The position numbers and the translations under genes were made by a program. Shown one piece after another: positions 16,838 to 34,590 of a stretch of DNA of 64,000 bases (position 1 is the stretch's first letter; the number at the start of each line of letters is the position of its first letter). The notes under the pieces are model-generated. The model saw nothing but the letters and a program-made list of their open reading frames with translations, did no database searches and was not told the DNA's origin. This DNA is from the human T2T-CHM13v2.0 reference genome, Homo sapiens, in the NCBI RefSeq assembly GCF_009914755.1, contig NC_060939.1; one strand, 5' to 3'.

Positions 16838-18434
16838 CCTAAGTAGCTTTTTTGAACATTTTCTTTCTAATTGCTTCTCCACTCCCCATGAAATTTTAGT
16901 ACCACAGATATACTGTAGATCTGTTTATGTTCTGTGTCCCTTTGGAGGGACCCAAACCATTAAAATATGCAAATTTTTTTGTCCCCACCGTCCCACCCCG
17001 GATCGATTTTTTTTTTACCTGTTAGCAGTGTTGCCCCTGTTGAGGAGGTATGGCCCTAGTGCCATGGGCAGGACAGTACCTGATGCATGTGTATAGCAGG
17101 CTCCAAACCACCCTGCCCTTATCTCTCTATACCTGTTATTTGGGGCAACTCATTGGTGCTGGAGTGGTGACTCCACAGGAACAGAAAGAAAAACACACTG
17201 CATCAGTTCATTCTTCTAGTCTGTGGAGTGTTGGGAGTAGGAGAAGAGAGAGGTGGGGCAGATGGAAACAAATGGTTATCTTTGATCATCTATCACAGCA
17301 GAAATGAAGCTGTGGTTTTCATTATTTTCATGGATTCCTATGCAGTTCTGATTTCCCCAAAAGGAGCCCCAGCATAAAGCAATGAGGCCCCGCTTGCTTG
17401 GTATTTCGCTGCTGTTGAAATCAGATGCTAGAGAGGATGTGAACATCCCTCTCTGCGCCTGAGTCCCACCACAATCTCGCACCAATGTCAAGCTAGCTTC
17501 TCATGTTCCCGAGTTGAAAACAGATGGTGGCTGACACCTTTCTCAAGAATCCTGGAAACCCACCAGTCTACCCACTGAGGCACGAAAAAAAAAAGGGATC
17601 CGAAAATGTGGTGTAGAAAGAAAAATGACTGAAGTAGGATGAGCCCAAGAGAAGCCTGTCCTGCTCAGTGTGATGGAGCAGTGTTCTCTAAGCGTTCTCA
17701 CAAGCCAGAAATTTGGGAGCAGGGGCAGGTGACTTGCAACCCCTTACGTGAGATGTTGCTGCAGCCAGGAGTCTAGGACCAAAGAGCATTCCGACCCAGC
17801 CTGGGCACTGGGAAACTCTTTTGCCCAAAGACTCTGGAGATGAGTTAGAGCAATGCATTCCAAATTTTTATGCTTGCCTTAAAGCAACAGAATTCCTTCC
17901 AGGTTCTAAATGGAAGCTTGAGTTGTGAAAACTAGATCATAGAAAAAGTGAAGAGAAGAAAAGGAAAATCAATGCAATATGGCATACCTACATTTTCCTT
18001 GAGAAAGCAAAGCACACCACAAACCCATGTCCACTCTTAAGCACTGAAGATCAAGCAAGGACATTTTCCAGGCTTGTTAGGATAAGAAAAAAAAGTCTTG
18101 TTTCCTTGTTAGGATAATAAAAAAGTCTAAGCAAAGAATGTCTTTGAGGGGAAAGGAAAATCTCAGCTTTAATCCCGAAGTAACACCTTGGTAAGATGTA
18201 TATGCCTGCCTTTATGCTTAATGATTTCAGATTTTTTTAAATAAATAGGGCAGTAAGTGTAGCATATAATCCAGAACCTATGCCAAATTCCTTCCCTCTT
18301 TTATTTAACTTGAGACATAATAGCTATATTACATTTGTCCTGTAACAAACTCATCTTTCAGCCTCAGTAAGAATTTTGTGGCTGGCCACCTAAAAATTAC
18401 TAGAAATGAAACAACTGTAGCAGAGTTGCTCTAA

Positions 18435-18732
<298 letters not shown>

Positions 18733-19179
18733 AAAGAAAGGAAGTTTAAATGAGCTGACCAGGATCTCCTGCAGTCAAGGAAAGAGCTGGGATCAGGAAC
18801 TACTAAACATTTCTGACAGCATATCTGTTTACTGGAGCAGGTTTTAATAGAATCATAGGATCCCTCAGTTAACAGAACCCAATTTCAGAAAGGGACGCAT
18901 GAGATGATCTTTTCGGATTTGGAAGAAAATATTACATTTTTTGTTTTGATTTTAAGTAAAATATGAAGAAGAAATTCATTTTTACTACTATCTAATACGT
19001 AGGTAATGTCATTGCTCTCCTTTGGTCAAACGTCTCTGGTGTGTAAGGTACCAGGAATACTGGGGAAAGAGAGGGAGGTCTCATCATAATACATTGCTGT
19101 CTGAGTGTATGAAATAAAGCAGCTTCACAAATTATAGTACTTAGTTTTAAGTAAACTAACTCTAACAAAATGGACAAGT

Positions 19180-20755
19180 GGAACCTTTGGTGTACAAGTG
19201 ATGAACTAGGTTACTCAGAGTAACTCTCTGCTGAAAACATATAGAAATGCTGGACACAATATATTTTTTAAACTTTTCTTAAAATATCAAGAAATTGGCA
19301 ACATAGTTAGGAATTCCTAGGTAATTGAAAATTGATGGAAAATTGAGAAGCTTAAGAACCTTTGTTCTCAGGGCACTTGCTGATCTAGGCACATAGGAAC
19401 ATTAGATTTTCCAGGGTCATGGGGAAAGAGGAATAGAAATCAAAACCATAAGAAGCCATCTCCCAAATAAGCTGGGACCTCAAAGGGATACGCTCTCCAG
19501 GTATAGGTGATCCAGAAGTGAACCAATGGGTTGAATGAATTTGAAGCTCAAAGTATCACCTTTTGAGAGCACTAAACCCCTGCTAGCTGTGAACCTCATT
19601 TGAAAGAAACTCAGACTGTAGTGATTTGAGATACTCAACAGAAACAAACACAAATCCTCTTGTGAGAGTACTTCCTTCTAGATCTCAAATTATTCCTACA
19701 AATAGTTTTTAGTGACAAAAAGCAGCATACACTAAAAATAATCAAGCACATAGGAAAATAGACATTGTGAATGAGAAAATAAGAAACAATACAAAATAGA
19801 AACATTTAAAGACTTCATATTTCAGAACTTCATATTTCAGATCTGTCAAACACAGATCATAAACAAATATGCTTCCTACATTTAAAGATTAAAGACAGCT
19901 TTAAAAATGTATATAGGGAATAGGAAACTATAGAGTATGATAGAAGATTTGAAAAAGAACTAAATAAAATTTCTACAAATGAAAAGTTCAAGAATTGAAA
20001 TGAAGAACTCAATAGATGCATGTAAAAACATTCTAGACATAGCCAAAGAAAGAATTTAATAAGATGGAAGATATGCTGGAAGACATTTTCCAGGATGCAG
20101 AACAAAAAGATGAACATACAGAACAGAAGTTACAAGACATGGAAGATAAACAGAGAAGATCTAACATACGTTTAAGCAGAGTCCCTGAAGAGAGAAGGGA
20201 GAGAATGATACAGAGGCATTATTTTAAAAGATTATGGCTGATAATTCAATAATGAATCATTCCATAATGAATTTAACAATGAATTCAAAGCAAGATAAGT
20301 AAATGAAAATCTAGATACATTGTAGTGAAACATCAGCACACCTAAAATAAATAGAAAGTCATAAAGGAGTCAGAGTAAAAAGATGTACTTCCTTTAGTGG
20401 AGTGACAGACTGACAACTAACTTATCAGCTGTAAGAATGGAAGTCATAAGATAGTGGAATGATATCTTCAGTAGAATGAAAAAAATGGCTGCCAACCAAG
20501 GATTCTATACTTAAAGACAACATTTTTCAAGTATAAGAGCAAAACAAACAAACAAAAATCTGCTTTCAGAAACAAAAACTGTGACTTCACCACTGGTGGA
20601 CTTTTATTAAAAAAAAAATTCTAAAGGCAGAAAGAAATTTGTCCCAGAAAGAAGATAAAGAAGGAATGAAGAAGCAAGAAAGAATATATAGCCAATTCTA
20701 AATAAACATTGACTGTATAAAATAATCATAGTTTCTTGTGAGGTTAAAAGAAGAG
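19180..20755 (+). mobile_element. Ancient L1M (L1ME-like) 5' region and ORF1 remnant
   Basis: ORF 20064-20252 contains DMEDKQRRSNIRLSRVPE (L1 ORF1p-like); further remnants RLTTNLS..WNDIF..QPRILY at ~20410-20510. Confidence 0.85.
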
Positions 20756-21981
20756 AGAGAGATGAGGGGAATTGTAGTGGTGACAGCTCTTTTCTTGCAC
20801 TGAATCTCCACATATTAGCAAACAACAATTACAAAAAACTGTGACAAGATATCTTCAAAAACCCTAAAATACAAGTGGATATGTGGACAAACCACCAATA
20901 ACCTCAAGATCTTTATGATTTTGGAATCTGTGTGGAAAGGGGAAAAAAGAAGCAACAGAGTGGCATTTGATATACCTGAGAATAGCAGAACCCCAGTAGG
21001 AATTTGCTGGAAAACATTGAGAACAGCAGTTGAATCTGGGAGGGGCAAATACTGGGCAATGATATATATGGATCATGAACCCTAAAAGCTAGCTGTCTAG
21101 GGCTTCCTTCTGAGACACAGTCCCAATGAGGAGAAAGTGCTGGAAGTAGAGTTAAAACTGAGCAGGATGAAGACAATATAGATGAAGGAAAGAGAAGGTC
21201 CAGTTCAAAATAGGAGAAGGAACCAGAGACGGGAAATCTCAGAAAGTAAGCCATTATATTTTTAATGTACATTGCACAAAAACAACAGAAGAAGACACTT
21301 TATGTTAGAAAATTTTCCTGAACCCCACTTCATTCTAAAGTCAAGAATATGAATTTCACCTAAAACTAAGGTCAAATTCTGTACAAAGTTAGAATTTTTT
21401 AAAAAGAGAATAAGGATCAAAAATAACAAAACACACAAAAGTCATGCCCACAAAATAGACCAAAAAATGTAATTTACTATTTCAAAACAATTAAAAACAT
21501 TAAGAAAATTATAAAAGACATGGAAATACATCAGCGTTATAAACACTTAGAAATGAAGTGAGAGAAATAATTAAGAAGCAAAAGACAAATTCACTTCAGA
21601 AATGAAAACTAAACTAGATGGAACATGGGAAAGAATAAACAACAAATAATGCCTTAAGAGGAATATAAGATTTTTAAAAAGTTTTCAAACAAAAAAGAAA
21701 TGAAGAAAGGGATAAAGAGGATTTAGGAGAAAGTAACAGTTGCAAATGATAGCCAAGGATTATATGGCTTCTTCAAGAAAACCTGAGAAAGCAAACCAAG
21801 AGAAGGACCAAAAGAAATATTAATACTATAATTAACCCAAGAAAACGTGCCTAAAATTGTAATTAAAGGATTTGAAATTACATGTTCAGGAGGACACTAT
21901 GTACTTATGAATATTGACAAAAAGTTATTAACACCTGGAGATATTCTAGTATAACTACTGTACTTTAGAGATGTTACTTGG

Positions 21982-22086
21982 TTGGGAGGCTGAGGCAGGA
22001 GAATCACTTGAAGCCAGGAGTTCAAGACCAGCCTGGGCAATATAGCAAGACCCAATCTCTAAAATAAATAAATAATAAAAATAAAA
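21982..22086 (+). mobile_element. Alu monomer (FLAM-like)
   Basis: Single arm with (AAAT)n tail. Confidence 0.8.
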
Positions 22087-22500
22087 GTTATTTGGGCATA
22101 AAAAGAGAGAGAGAATGGAACTTGAATAGAAAAGAATAATAGATTATCATTAGACTTTTTGAAAGCAGTACTTTATGCCAGAAAAAAAAAATAGTCACAT
22201 ATTTAAGAAAAGGTGCATCCAGGATTTTATATTGCAGAAAAATTGAATTTCAAATATTAAAAACAAACTATTATCAACAAGAAAGATCTAAGGGAATATT
22301 GTTTCCATGAGTCTAAGAAGTTTAGCAGAGAACAAAACTTCAGACAACCAAAATGACCCTTACCGATGTGAAGGCAGATGGCAAGGATTAAATTTAACTT
22401 GTAGAATTAAGACTGAATAGTGGCTAAAAAGGATTGTGTATAGACTGTCCTGACTATATATTCTGATAATACATAGCACAGCTTTTGAAAAATGGAGAGA

Positions 22501-22849
<349 letters not shown>

Positions 22850-23121
22850 TTAATGTTTTAAATAATCATATTGATAGTAAATTAGTATTTTAGTATTTTT
22901 ATTCCATGTCTGTTGTGTGTGTACTATGGGATTCAGGAAATTATTAATTATGAGAAATTCTAATTATATAATTCCCTGTATTCTTGAGAACCAGGATTTG
23001 TGATAGAGAAGAAAGGAGTTACAGGTGTAATACAGAAGAAGTTAAATAAAATTGGGGTAGTTTTGAATTAGAAGTATCAGTATTGACTCATGAGCTATTT
23101 TGTTTTTAAATATATAATTCT

Positions 23122-23410
23122 GGCCAGGCAAAATGGCTCATGCCTGTAATCCCAGCACTTTAGGAGGCTGAGGAGGACAGAACACTTGATGTCAAGAGTT
23201 CAAGACCAGCCTGACCAACATGGTGAAACCCCATCTTCACTAAAAATACAAAAAATTAGCTGGGCATTGTGGCACGTGTCTGTAGTCTCAGCTCCTTAGG
23301 AGGCTGAAGCAGGAGATTCCCCTGAACCCAGGAGGTGGAGGTTGCAGTAAGCAGAGATCATGCCACTGCACTCCAGCCTGGGTGACAGAGCAAGACTCAG
23401 TCTCAAAAAA
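23122..23410 (+). mobile_element. Alu
   Basis: Full Alu. Confidence 0.95.
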
Positions 23411-23477
23411 ATTGTGCATATGTGTACAACATATTTGAATATGTGTTCTAATACATCAGAATTAGAAACACTCAGAA

Positions 23478-23491
23478 GTGTGTGTGTATGT

Positions 23492-23528
<37 letters not shown>
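23478..23528. repeat. (TG)n(GA)n compound microsatellite
   Basis: Directly visible. Confidence 0.95.
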
Positions 23529-24360
23529 TATTTAGCGCCACAGAAAAGAAACAATGACCTGTCTAGAGAAATGAGCTTTCCTAGTGCTGGTATTATGTAT
23601 TCAAGTTCCACATCACACGACAAAGGACCAGGACTTCTTGCAGAAATGACTGAATGCAGGTCTGGTCCTGGAACATCTTGTCATATCAGAAAGCAGCAAT
23701 GTTAAAGACTTCTAGCATCATGTCCAAAGGACTCAAGAACTAACCTAAAGAGGTTCGCACTAGCCAAAGTCAGAATAATTTGAAGCTACAGTAAAGATAA
23801 TGTTTAAATTCGTGAGTACATAATAATATTGAAACAATAAAAAAGAACTAGTCACCCTCAGAGGATGACAGGAAACCAATTCATTATCTTGGAAACTGAT
23901 GAATAAAGGAAGAATCTAGCATCTATCCCCGTTTCTATATGAACTGTACTGCTGGGTAACCAGATAGCAGTTGGAGAAGGATCTCCTTAGAACAGTATTA
24001 CAACCATTAAATAACAAAACAATAAAAAAGATAGAATGTCACCATTTTGCATCCCCAGTGAATTATTAGATGTAGGCACTAAGCATCAACAACTGCTAAC
24101 ATCAATAAAAGAGACAACAGGGCTTTATATGCCTCCTATTGTCTTGCCAAACCAAGGGATCAAATCTGAATCTGATACAGTTTCTGGATCCAGCTGCCCA
24201 AATTTCTGGAAATACAGAAGGCAGAGAAATGCAGTGTACTGTGAGGATGTGAGCAGCAAACTCTAAGCTGAAGGAAGCTAAACCACTCAGGGAGAGCCCA
24301 GGTTCCCCAAGAGATTATCTCTACGGAAAAGAAAAGGATGAGAGGGAATTTACAGATTAA

Positions 24361-24885
<525 letters not shown>

Positions 24886-25292
24886 TGACTTGAATGATGT
24901 TTATCTTAAAATCATTCAGTAAGCCACACATTTGATTCATGTGGCTTTCTGTCTCTGGGCTTTCTTCACAATAAGAAGATTATTTTAAAACATAGATTTG
25001 AATACATGGCAATAATGCTACATAAGGTTGGAAGAAGGGCAAGTGGAATTAAAGTGGTCTAAAACCTTTCTATTGTCCTGGGAGAGGGCAAATGTACTGA
25101 TTACCTTTAAATATACTTCATTGTAATGTGCATATTGTATACATGCAAATATATATAATTTCTAGAATAGCAACTAAAAGAATAGAAATAGAATATATAA
25201 CTCTCAATGCAGTAGAAAAAATAAATGAAATAATAAAACTTATCCCACATTTTTAGGCAAGAAAGGAGAGAAAAAGAGGCATGGAGCAGGTA

Positions 25293-26197
25293 TATTACGG
25301 GTTGAATTGAGTTCACCAAAAAGATATGTTGAAATCCAAAGCCCCAGTGTCTGTGAAAGTTACCTTATTTGGAAATAAGGTCTTTGCCAATGTAAAGATA
25401 AAGTCATGCTGAATTAAGGCGAGCCCTAACCTAATATGGCTGGTGTCCTTATAAGAAGAGAAGAGACAGACAAAGGGAAGGAGTCCATGTGACCACAGGG
25501 CCAGTGGAAGTGATGCAACTGCCTGCCAAGCGCACCAAGGATGGGTGGCCACCAGCAGAAGCTCGGAAGATGCAAGGAAGGATTCTATCCAGAGTTACAG
25601 AGGGAGCATGGCCCAGCTGACACCTTGATTTCAAACCTGTAGCCTCAAGAAATGTGGATAATGACCTTCTGTCATTTTAAGCCACCCCGTCTGCAACACT
25701 TTCTTATGGCAATGTGATGGGTAAGCTTATGTGTCAATGTGACTGAGCCCCAGGATGCTTAGATACTTGATGAAACATTATTCTGAGTGTATCTGGGAAG
25801 GGATTTTTGGAAGAGATTAAATTTGATTTGGTAGACTGGGTAAAGCAGATTGCCTTCCTCATAGGAGTGAACCTCATCCAAGCCACTGAAGGCCTGAATG
25901 GAATGAAAAGATGAGTAGGAAAGAATGAGCTGGGACATTGGTTTTCTCCTGCCTTCAGACTGGAACTGACATCATCAGCTCTCCTGGGTCTCCAGTTTGC
26001 TGGAGTTTGGACTTCTCAGCCTTCATAATCACATGAGCCAATTTCTTATAGCAAATATCTTTGTCTATTATCTATCTATCCATCATCTATCTATCAATCA
26101 ATCATTTACCTAATTGTCCTATTGGCATATGTATCCTATTGGTTCTGTTTCTCTGGAGACCCCAGGCTAATACAGCCATACCCGGGAAACTAATACA
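25293..26197 (+). mobile_element. MLT1 (B/C-like) solo LTR with 5-bp TSD AGGTA
   Basis: TATTACGGGTTGAATTG start, ACCTTATTTGGAAATAAGGTCTTTGC, GGAAACTAATACA end; AGGTA at 25288-25292 and 26198-26202. Confidence 0.85.
25713..26174 (+). mobile_element. MLT2 (ERVL) solo LTR nested in the MLT1 LTR
   Basis: TGTGATGG..TTATGTGTCAA start; CCTATTGGTTCTGTTTCTCTGGAGA..CTAATACA end. Confidence 0.85.
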
Positions 26198-26247
26198 AGG
26201 TAGAACAATTGGAAAGCACAAAATAAAGTGCCAAATGTAACCAAATA

Positions 26248-26584
<337 letters not shown>

Positions 26585-26836
26585 TTAAATGTTCCAGTTA
26601 AATGACAATGACAGGGTGATTTTTCAAAATTTCAACTATATGCTGTTTTCAAGAAAAACATCTAAAATAAAAGCCCACAAAAATTAAAATTAAAAGATTG
26701 AAGAAATCACAAAATGAAGCTGATGTGGCCACATTAGTATCAAACAACATATGCTTTATGGACAATAGTTTTAGCAGAGATAAGACAATCACTTCATGAT
26801 AAAAGATTGAATTCAACAGGACTATATAATAATTTA

Positions 26837-27289
<453 letters not shown>

Positions 27290-27700
27290 CTAAAAGGTTA
27301 CACTATATAATATGTATGTTATATCCTATAATAATGCAAACATAAGGAAACCAAACAAATTTGTAGAACTGGCCCTTCTCTTACTCCTACTATAAGCTCT
27401 TAGCTGCATTGAAAGATAAAAACAATGATGAACTAATCAGATTAGAAGTGAAGTCCAAACAGTGTTATAATTGCCAAGTATAGTCTTTTAAATAAGGGTT
27501 CATATGAACTGTCCTTAATGATGAATGTTGCCCTAAGCGTGCACTGCACCTAGAGACACTTGCTGATAGTAAGATACAGTCACCAGGATTGCTTTGACAC
27601 TTGAAAGCTAACCTTCACTTTTCAGGAAGGGACACTGGAGCCACTGGATATCCCCATTGTGGGAACTGGGGAGAACTGTGTTCCCCACCTAAAAAATTAA

Positions 27701-28025
<325 letters not shown>

Positions 28026-28522
28026 AATCTCTCCAATTTTTCTAGCAATCTTGAAAGTAATGAAATATTCAGTCCATACCTTAAAACATTTCATTAAATG
28101 CAATGGTAAACATTTAGAAACCTCTTCTAAGGTTTTTGGCACAAAAGACCAAAACTCACATATCATTTGTGGATATTTGATCTTTTTTTCATGTAAAAAT
28201 AGTATAAATAATGTATGGAAAAATAAAGACAAAATTAAAGAGAAAGTGAAATGCATTCATTTGTCCGAAGATACTGCTGAAGATTTGAAAATAAAAGTAC
28301 TAGAAAAATAATGAGACATTTACGGTGTAGTTGTATAAAAGTACAGTGAGCTTTTCACACATATTAGTCTATGGTATTTGCTTGATTTTGTTTCACTGAT
28401 AAAAAACAAATAATTTGATTGTTTGGAAGCTACTAAGGAAAAGATGTAGCAGAGAAGATATATTCTCAATAGTATGTACTTTATCAAAGACAATGTTTGG
28501 TGGGAAAACAGTGTAAATGTAA

Positions 28523-28882
<360 letters not shown>

Positions 28883-28884
28883 TA

Positions 28885-29200
<316 letters not shown>

Positions 29201-29354
29201 TCAAGACGATTCACTACATCATCCAGACGCAAAGTATTGCATAAGAGAACTGGAAGCCAAAAGCACACAAAGTGATGGAAGAAGTCATCAATGTGATTAA
29301 TTTTATGAAAACAAGGTGTTTAAAATACAGTTAAATCTATATAGACTGTCATAA

Positions 29355-29815
<461 letters not shown>

Positions 29816-30139
29816 TAATACACATATATAGCAGGTAAAATAGAAGGAAGAAATGGGTTTCCTCTCTACCTTCAAGTAAAAGTGCTGCTTTGAATAATAA
29901 ATTAGAAATGAACTACTTTTTAAAGAAACATGCTACAGAGAGATCATTGTGAAACAGATGTTTTTAGATGTTTCCAATATGTTGTTCTTTATTTTCTTAC
30001 CAAAAAACAATGTGGGGCCACAATAAACTCTTCTATGTACCTATTTTAAAATTTAGAAACAAATTTTTTATTTTCCAAGTGAAAAAGGAAATATGTAGTT
30101 GAGGTGTGAACCCAATTATTAAAAGTATAAAACTGCATT

Positions 30140-30605
<466 letters not shown>

Positions 30606-30982
30606 TAAAACTCTAATATGTTCCAAATTAGTTTTCAAGAGTAACTGATTAACATGAAAGGAAATGGAGAATCACTAACCAATCTCATTTAAAATTTTTT
30701 TTGATCAGTTGATGGCTGGAACCAAAAAAACAAAAAAAAGTCATGATTCACTAACTATGGCCAGTGATGCCTGTCTGCCAATTGGAATCAGGCATCTTTG
30801 AAAATTATATTATACAGCTCAACAGTTATTAAAACCAAGTATTCAAGGAAACTAAATTTAGACCAGGCTTCCACATTACACTATTACAGAGTGGCAAATC
30901 CATGAGACAATAATAAAATATTTTCAATCATATGGCCCTAAAATACCAATAATTAATCTAATACTTGTGATAAAGAATTTTT

Positions 30983-31287
<305 letters not shown>

Positions 31288-31428
31288 TTAGTGTTAATTA
31301 ATAAAATAAAAATTAATTCAAAATAGATTTATTTCATTTATTGCTCATTCTTTTAAAAGTCTATTTTGTGATGGTCTTTTATAGGCATATGTATTATTAT
31401 TATGGTAGAATGTGATATACATTTGCAT

Positions 31429-31430
<2 letters not shown>

Positions 31431-31471
<41 letters not shown>
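31431..31471. repeat. (CA)~20 perfect microsatellite
   Basis: Directly visible; likely polymorphic. Confidence 0.97.
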
Positions 31472-31473
<2 letters not shown>

Positions 31474-31559
31474 CTGCATCCTCAAAATACTCTCCTGATG
31501 GGAATGCTCAGTGCAAACACTTTGAGCCCATCACCTGGTTCAACGGCCCACCATGCTTA

Positions 31560-33150
31560 GCTTGCTTCTTCTACATCCCAAGTGCTTGACCAGCTGATGC
31601 TCAAATGTATCCTATACCCAGGAATGGCTGCATCCCAGTGGCCTAGGGCTCTTAGAAGGAGCTGGGAGTTTCTGCCATGTACAAAATCAAAACCCACTTC
31701 CCTGGATGTTCTGCTCATTGCCTCCAGCCCCAGCCCTGCCCTTACAGCCCATGGTCCACACTGGTTCCTGCTTGACCCAGCTGCTCTTCAACACATTTGC
31801 AGATCATCCAAGTCTCAGACTTACCCTCTACTCTCACTCATTTTTTGGTCCTCTAACATCCCACTTCATTTTTAACAATACACTGAATTTCATCTGGGGC
31901 ATTCCCTGAGAAGCTTTGTCCTGAGACGGGGCAGCCTGTGCCCAGGGGCTTGGTCTCTGTCCAGCCTCAGCGCCCCTAGGAAACTTGCATGTAATGTCCC
32001 AGGACTTCGGATCTTAAGCAAGGGACACAAAGATGTGGGATAGTTGGAGCTTATATTTTCCTCAGGGATCCTTCTAAAGGTCTTGTGTGTCTTAGTGTGA
32101 CCCCCAAACACAAATAAATCTCCCGATTTCCTAGCCACCCGCATCTCCGTAACTGGCATCTCATTGGGCCAAGAACCTGGGAGTTCTTAAATTTCTCTCT
32201 TTCCCTTCATACTTTATCTAATCCACTAGTACTGTCAGTTCCACCTCCAAAGAATATCTAGGGTCTAGTTATTTCTTATTCCCTACTGGAACAGCTCCCT
32301 CAACCCCTATCACCTGTTGCTGAGACCCCCACCTGGGTGCCTCCTACCTGGGCTCTCTCCTGGGTGCTTCTCCACTTCATGTTCCACACGTGGACGTCAG
32401 AGAGATTCTTCCAGCATGTTGGCTGGGTGTAGTGGCTCATGCCTGTAGTCCCAGCACTTTGGGAGGCTGAGGTGGGCAGATTGCTTGAGCCCAGGAATTC
32501 AAGTCCAGCCTGGGCGATATGGTGAAACACCATGTCTACAAAAATGCAAAAATTAGCCAGACGTGATGGTGTGCACCTGTAGTTCCAGTTACTCAGGAGG
32601 CTGAGGTTGGAGGATGGCTTGAGCCCAGGGAGACAGAGATTGCAGTGAGCCATGATTGAGCCACTGCACTCCAATCTGGGCAACAGAGCCAGACCCTGTC
32701 TGGAAAAAAAAAAAAAGAAGGATTCTTTCAGCTTGTAAATCAAATCGGGTTAGGGTTATTCCCCTGTTCAAATCCTTCCAGTGGCTCACCATTTCACTCA
32801 AAATCCACAGCCCTCACTGTGGCCTGCTCAGTCGGCAGTAGCCACATAGATCTAACTGTTCCCATGACAGACAGAGCTTGTTCTAGCCCCCATTCTTTTG
32901 CTGGGGATGCTCGCCCCACAGAGATTCGCAAGGCTGCACCTTCTCTGCATTCAGGTATCTTTTCTGATCGCATCACTGGAAAGGACTTCCTGTCCCCTGC
33001 ATCTGAAACAGAACCCCCCCCCACCCATGCCCTGTGTGGCTCTGGGGCCCTCTTTCACCTTCATACATTCTTATCCCGCCTGCTGTTCTGTTACCTGTGG
33101 ATGGGCTGTTGCTTGGCACCTAGTAGGCACACAGTAAATGTTTGGGGAAG
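31560..33150 (+). mobile_element. Fragmented L2 LINE region
   Basis: AAGAACCTGGGAGTTC, CCTTCCAGTGGCTCACCATTTCACTCA, TGGCACCTAGTAGGCACACAGTAAATGTT (L2 3' end). Confidence 0.55.
32421..32717 (+). mobile_element. Alu (AluJ-type)
   Basis: AluJ diagnostics; degenerate TSD GATTCTT(C/T)CAGC. Confidence 0.93.
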
Positions 33151-33864
33151 GAAAGAACAGGGGATTCCTGCTGCCTGACCATCTGGAGCCATCTTGGTTC
33201 CTGTCCATTTCCTAAGCCATCAGGTTTGGTGAGTTCTGTTAGCCTCCCAATGAATGCCTTTCTTATGTAAGCTTGCCTGAGTCCATTTTTGACACTACTT
33301 TCCAGGAGCTCAAATTGATGCACCTCTTACAAACACACACGCTCCTTTCTTTCAGGTGTTCCTTATATTATCTCATCCTCTCTTGAGATGAGGGATCCAT
33401 AGGAGTGGATCCAGCGACGAGCCACCACACCCTCGACAAAGATGTGGCAGGGTATGAGGCAAGGCAGACAAAGAGTGGCAATCCCGCTGACTTTAACTCC
33501 TACCCCCCACAACTCAACCACCAGCTCCTCTGGCCCAGCTAGCGTCATCTCTCATCTGGACCCCAGCAAGAACCTCCTACCCAATCAATCTCTTCTCATA
33601 ATTCGGATCCTCTCTGGATCACTGTCCACACTGCAGCCAGAGGGGTGCTTCTATCCCTCTGTGAGCTGTGAGCCCTGTCACAGCAGTTCACATGGTTCTC
33701 GGCATGGTTCAAGTTCCACCTGGCCCCCTCAGCCCCCCTGCTCCCCCTCCCCCCGGCACACACACCTCAGAGGAGCATGTCAGCTCCTCTGATCCCTCCT
33801 GGTTCTCAGACCCCTGCCCAATTTCTGCACCTTTGCCCCACCCTGGGATAGTGGGGCAGACACT

Positions 33865-34278
33865 GTGAGTGCCCTGGGACCTTGGTGGACAGCTCCGTGG
33901 TCCCAGCTGACAGCTCCGTCCCTCCAACACCTGCCTCTCTGCCTGAGAGTCCTCTGTGGCTACAGCCAGGCAGCCAGCTGGCTCAGGGTGCAAGTTGGAA
34001 GAGCTGTGGGATCAGTGTTCTCCTAAGAGCATCGGAATTTGGAGATAAGCACCTAGCTCCTCGCTTTGTGGGTGGGACAGTCCTTAATGCGTTTCACATG
34101 GTCCCTCAGGAGATCTCCAGCAGGCCTGAGCTTCCATTGCCCATGGCAGAGAGCCTCCCACTGATATTCCTTTCACTGACTCCCTTCCCTGTCTCCCTTC
34201 CCCATCCCCTGTCTGAGTTTACCTCCCAGATGAATTCCTCACACACAAACTCTGTCTCAGGGTAAGCTTTCCAGCAAA
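33865..34278 (+). mobile_element. LTR16-type ERVL LTR
   Basis: End CTCCCAGATGAATTCCTCACACACAAACTCTGTCTCAGGGT is the reverse-complement counterpart of the 15.3-kb copy. Confidence 0.6.
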
Positions 34279-34281
<3 letters not shown>

Positions 34282-34317
<36 letters not shown>

Positions 34318-34590
34318 AGACAGGGTCTTGCTCTGTCACCCAGGCTGGAGTGTGGTGGCACGATCACCTCTCACTCTAGCCTTTACCTCCTGGGCTCAAG
34401 TGATCCTTCCACCTCAGCCTCCTGAGTAGCTGGGACCACAGGCACGTGCCACCATGCCCTGGCTAATTTTTTGTAGAGACAGGGACTTCCTCTGTTGCCT
34501 AGGCTGGTCTTGAACTCCTGGCCTCAAGTGATCCTCCCACCTTAGCCTCCCAAAGTGTTGGGATTACAGGCATCAGCCACAGCACCTGGC
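34282..34590 (-). mobile_element. Alu (AluJ-type) with ~35-nt poly-T
   Basis: Antisense AluJ. Confidence 0.93.
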
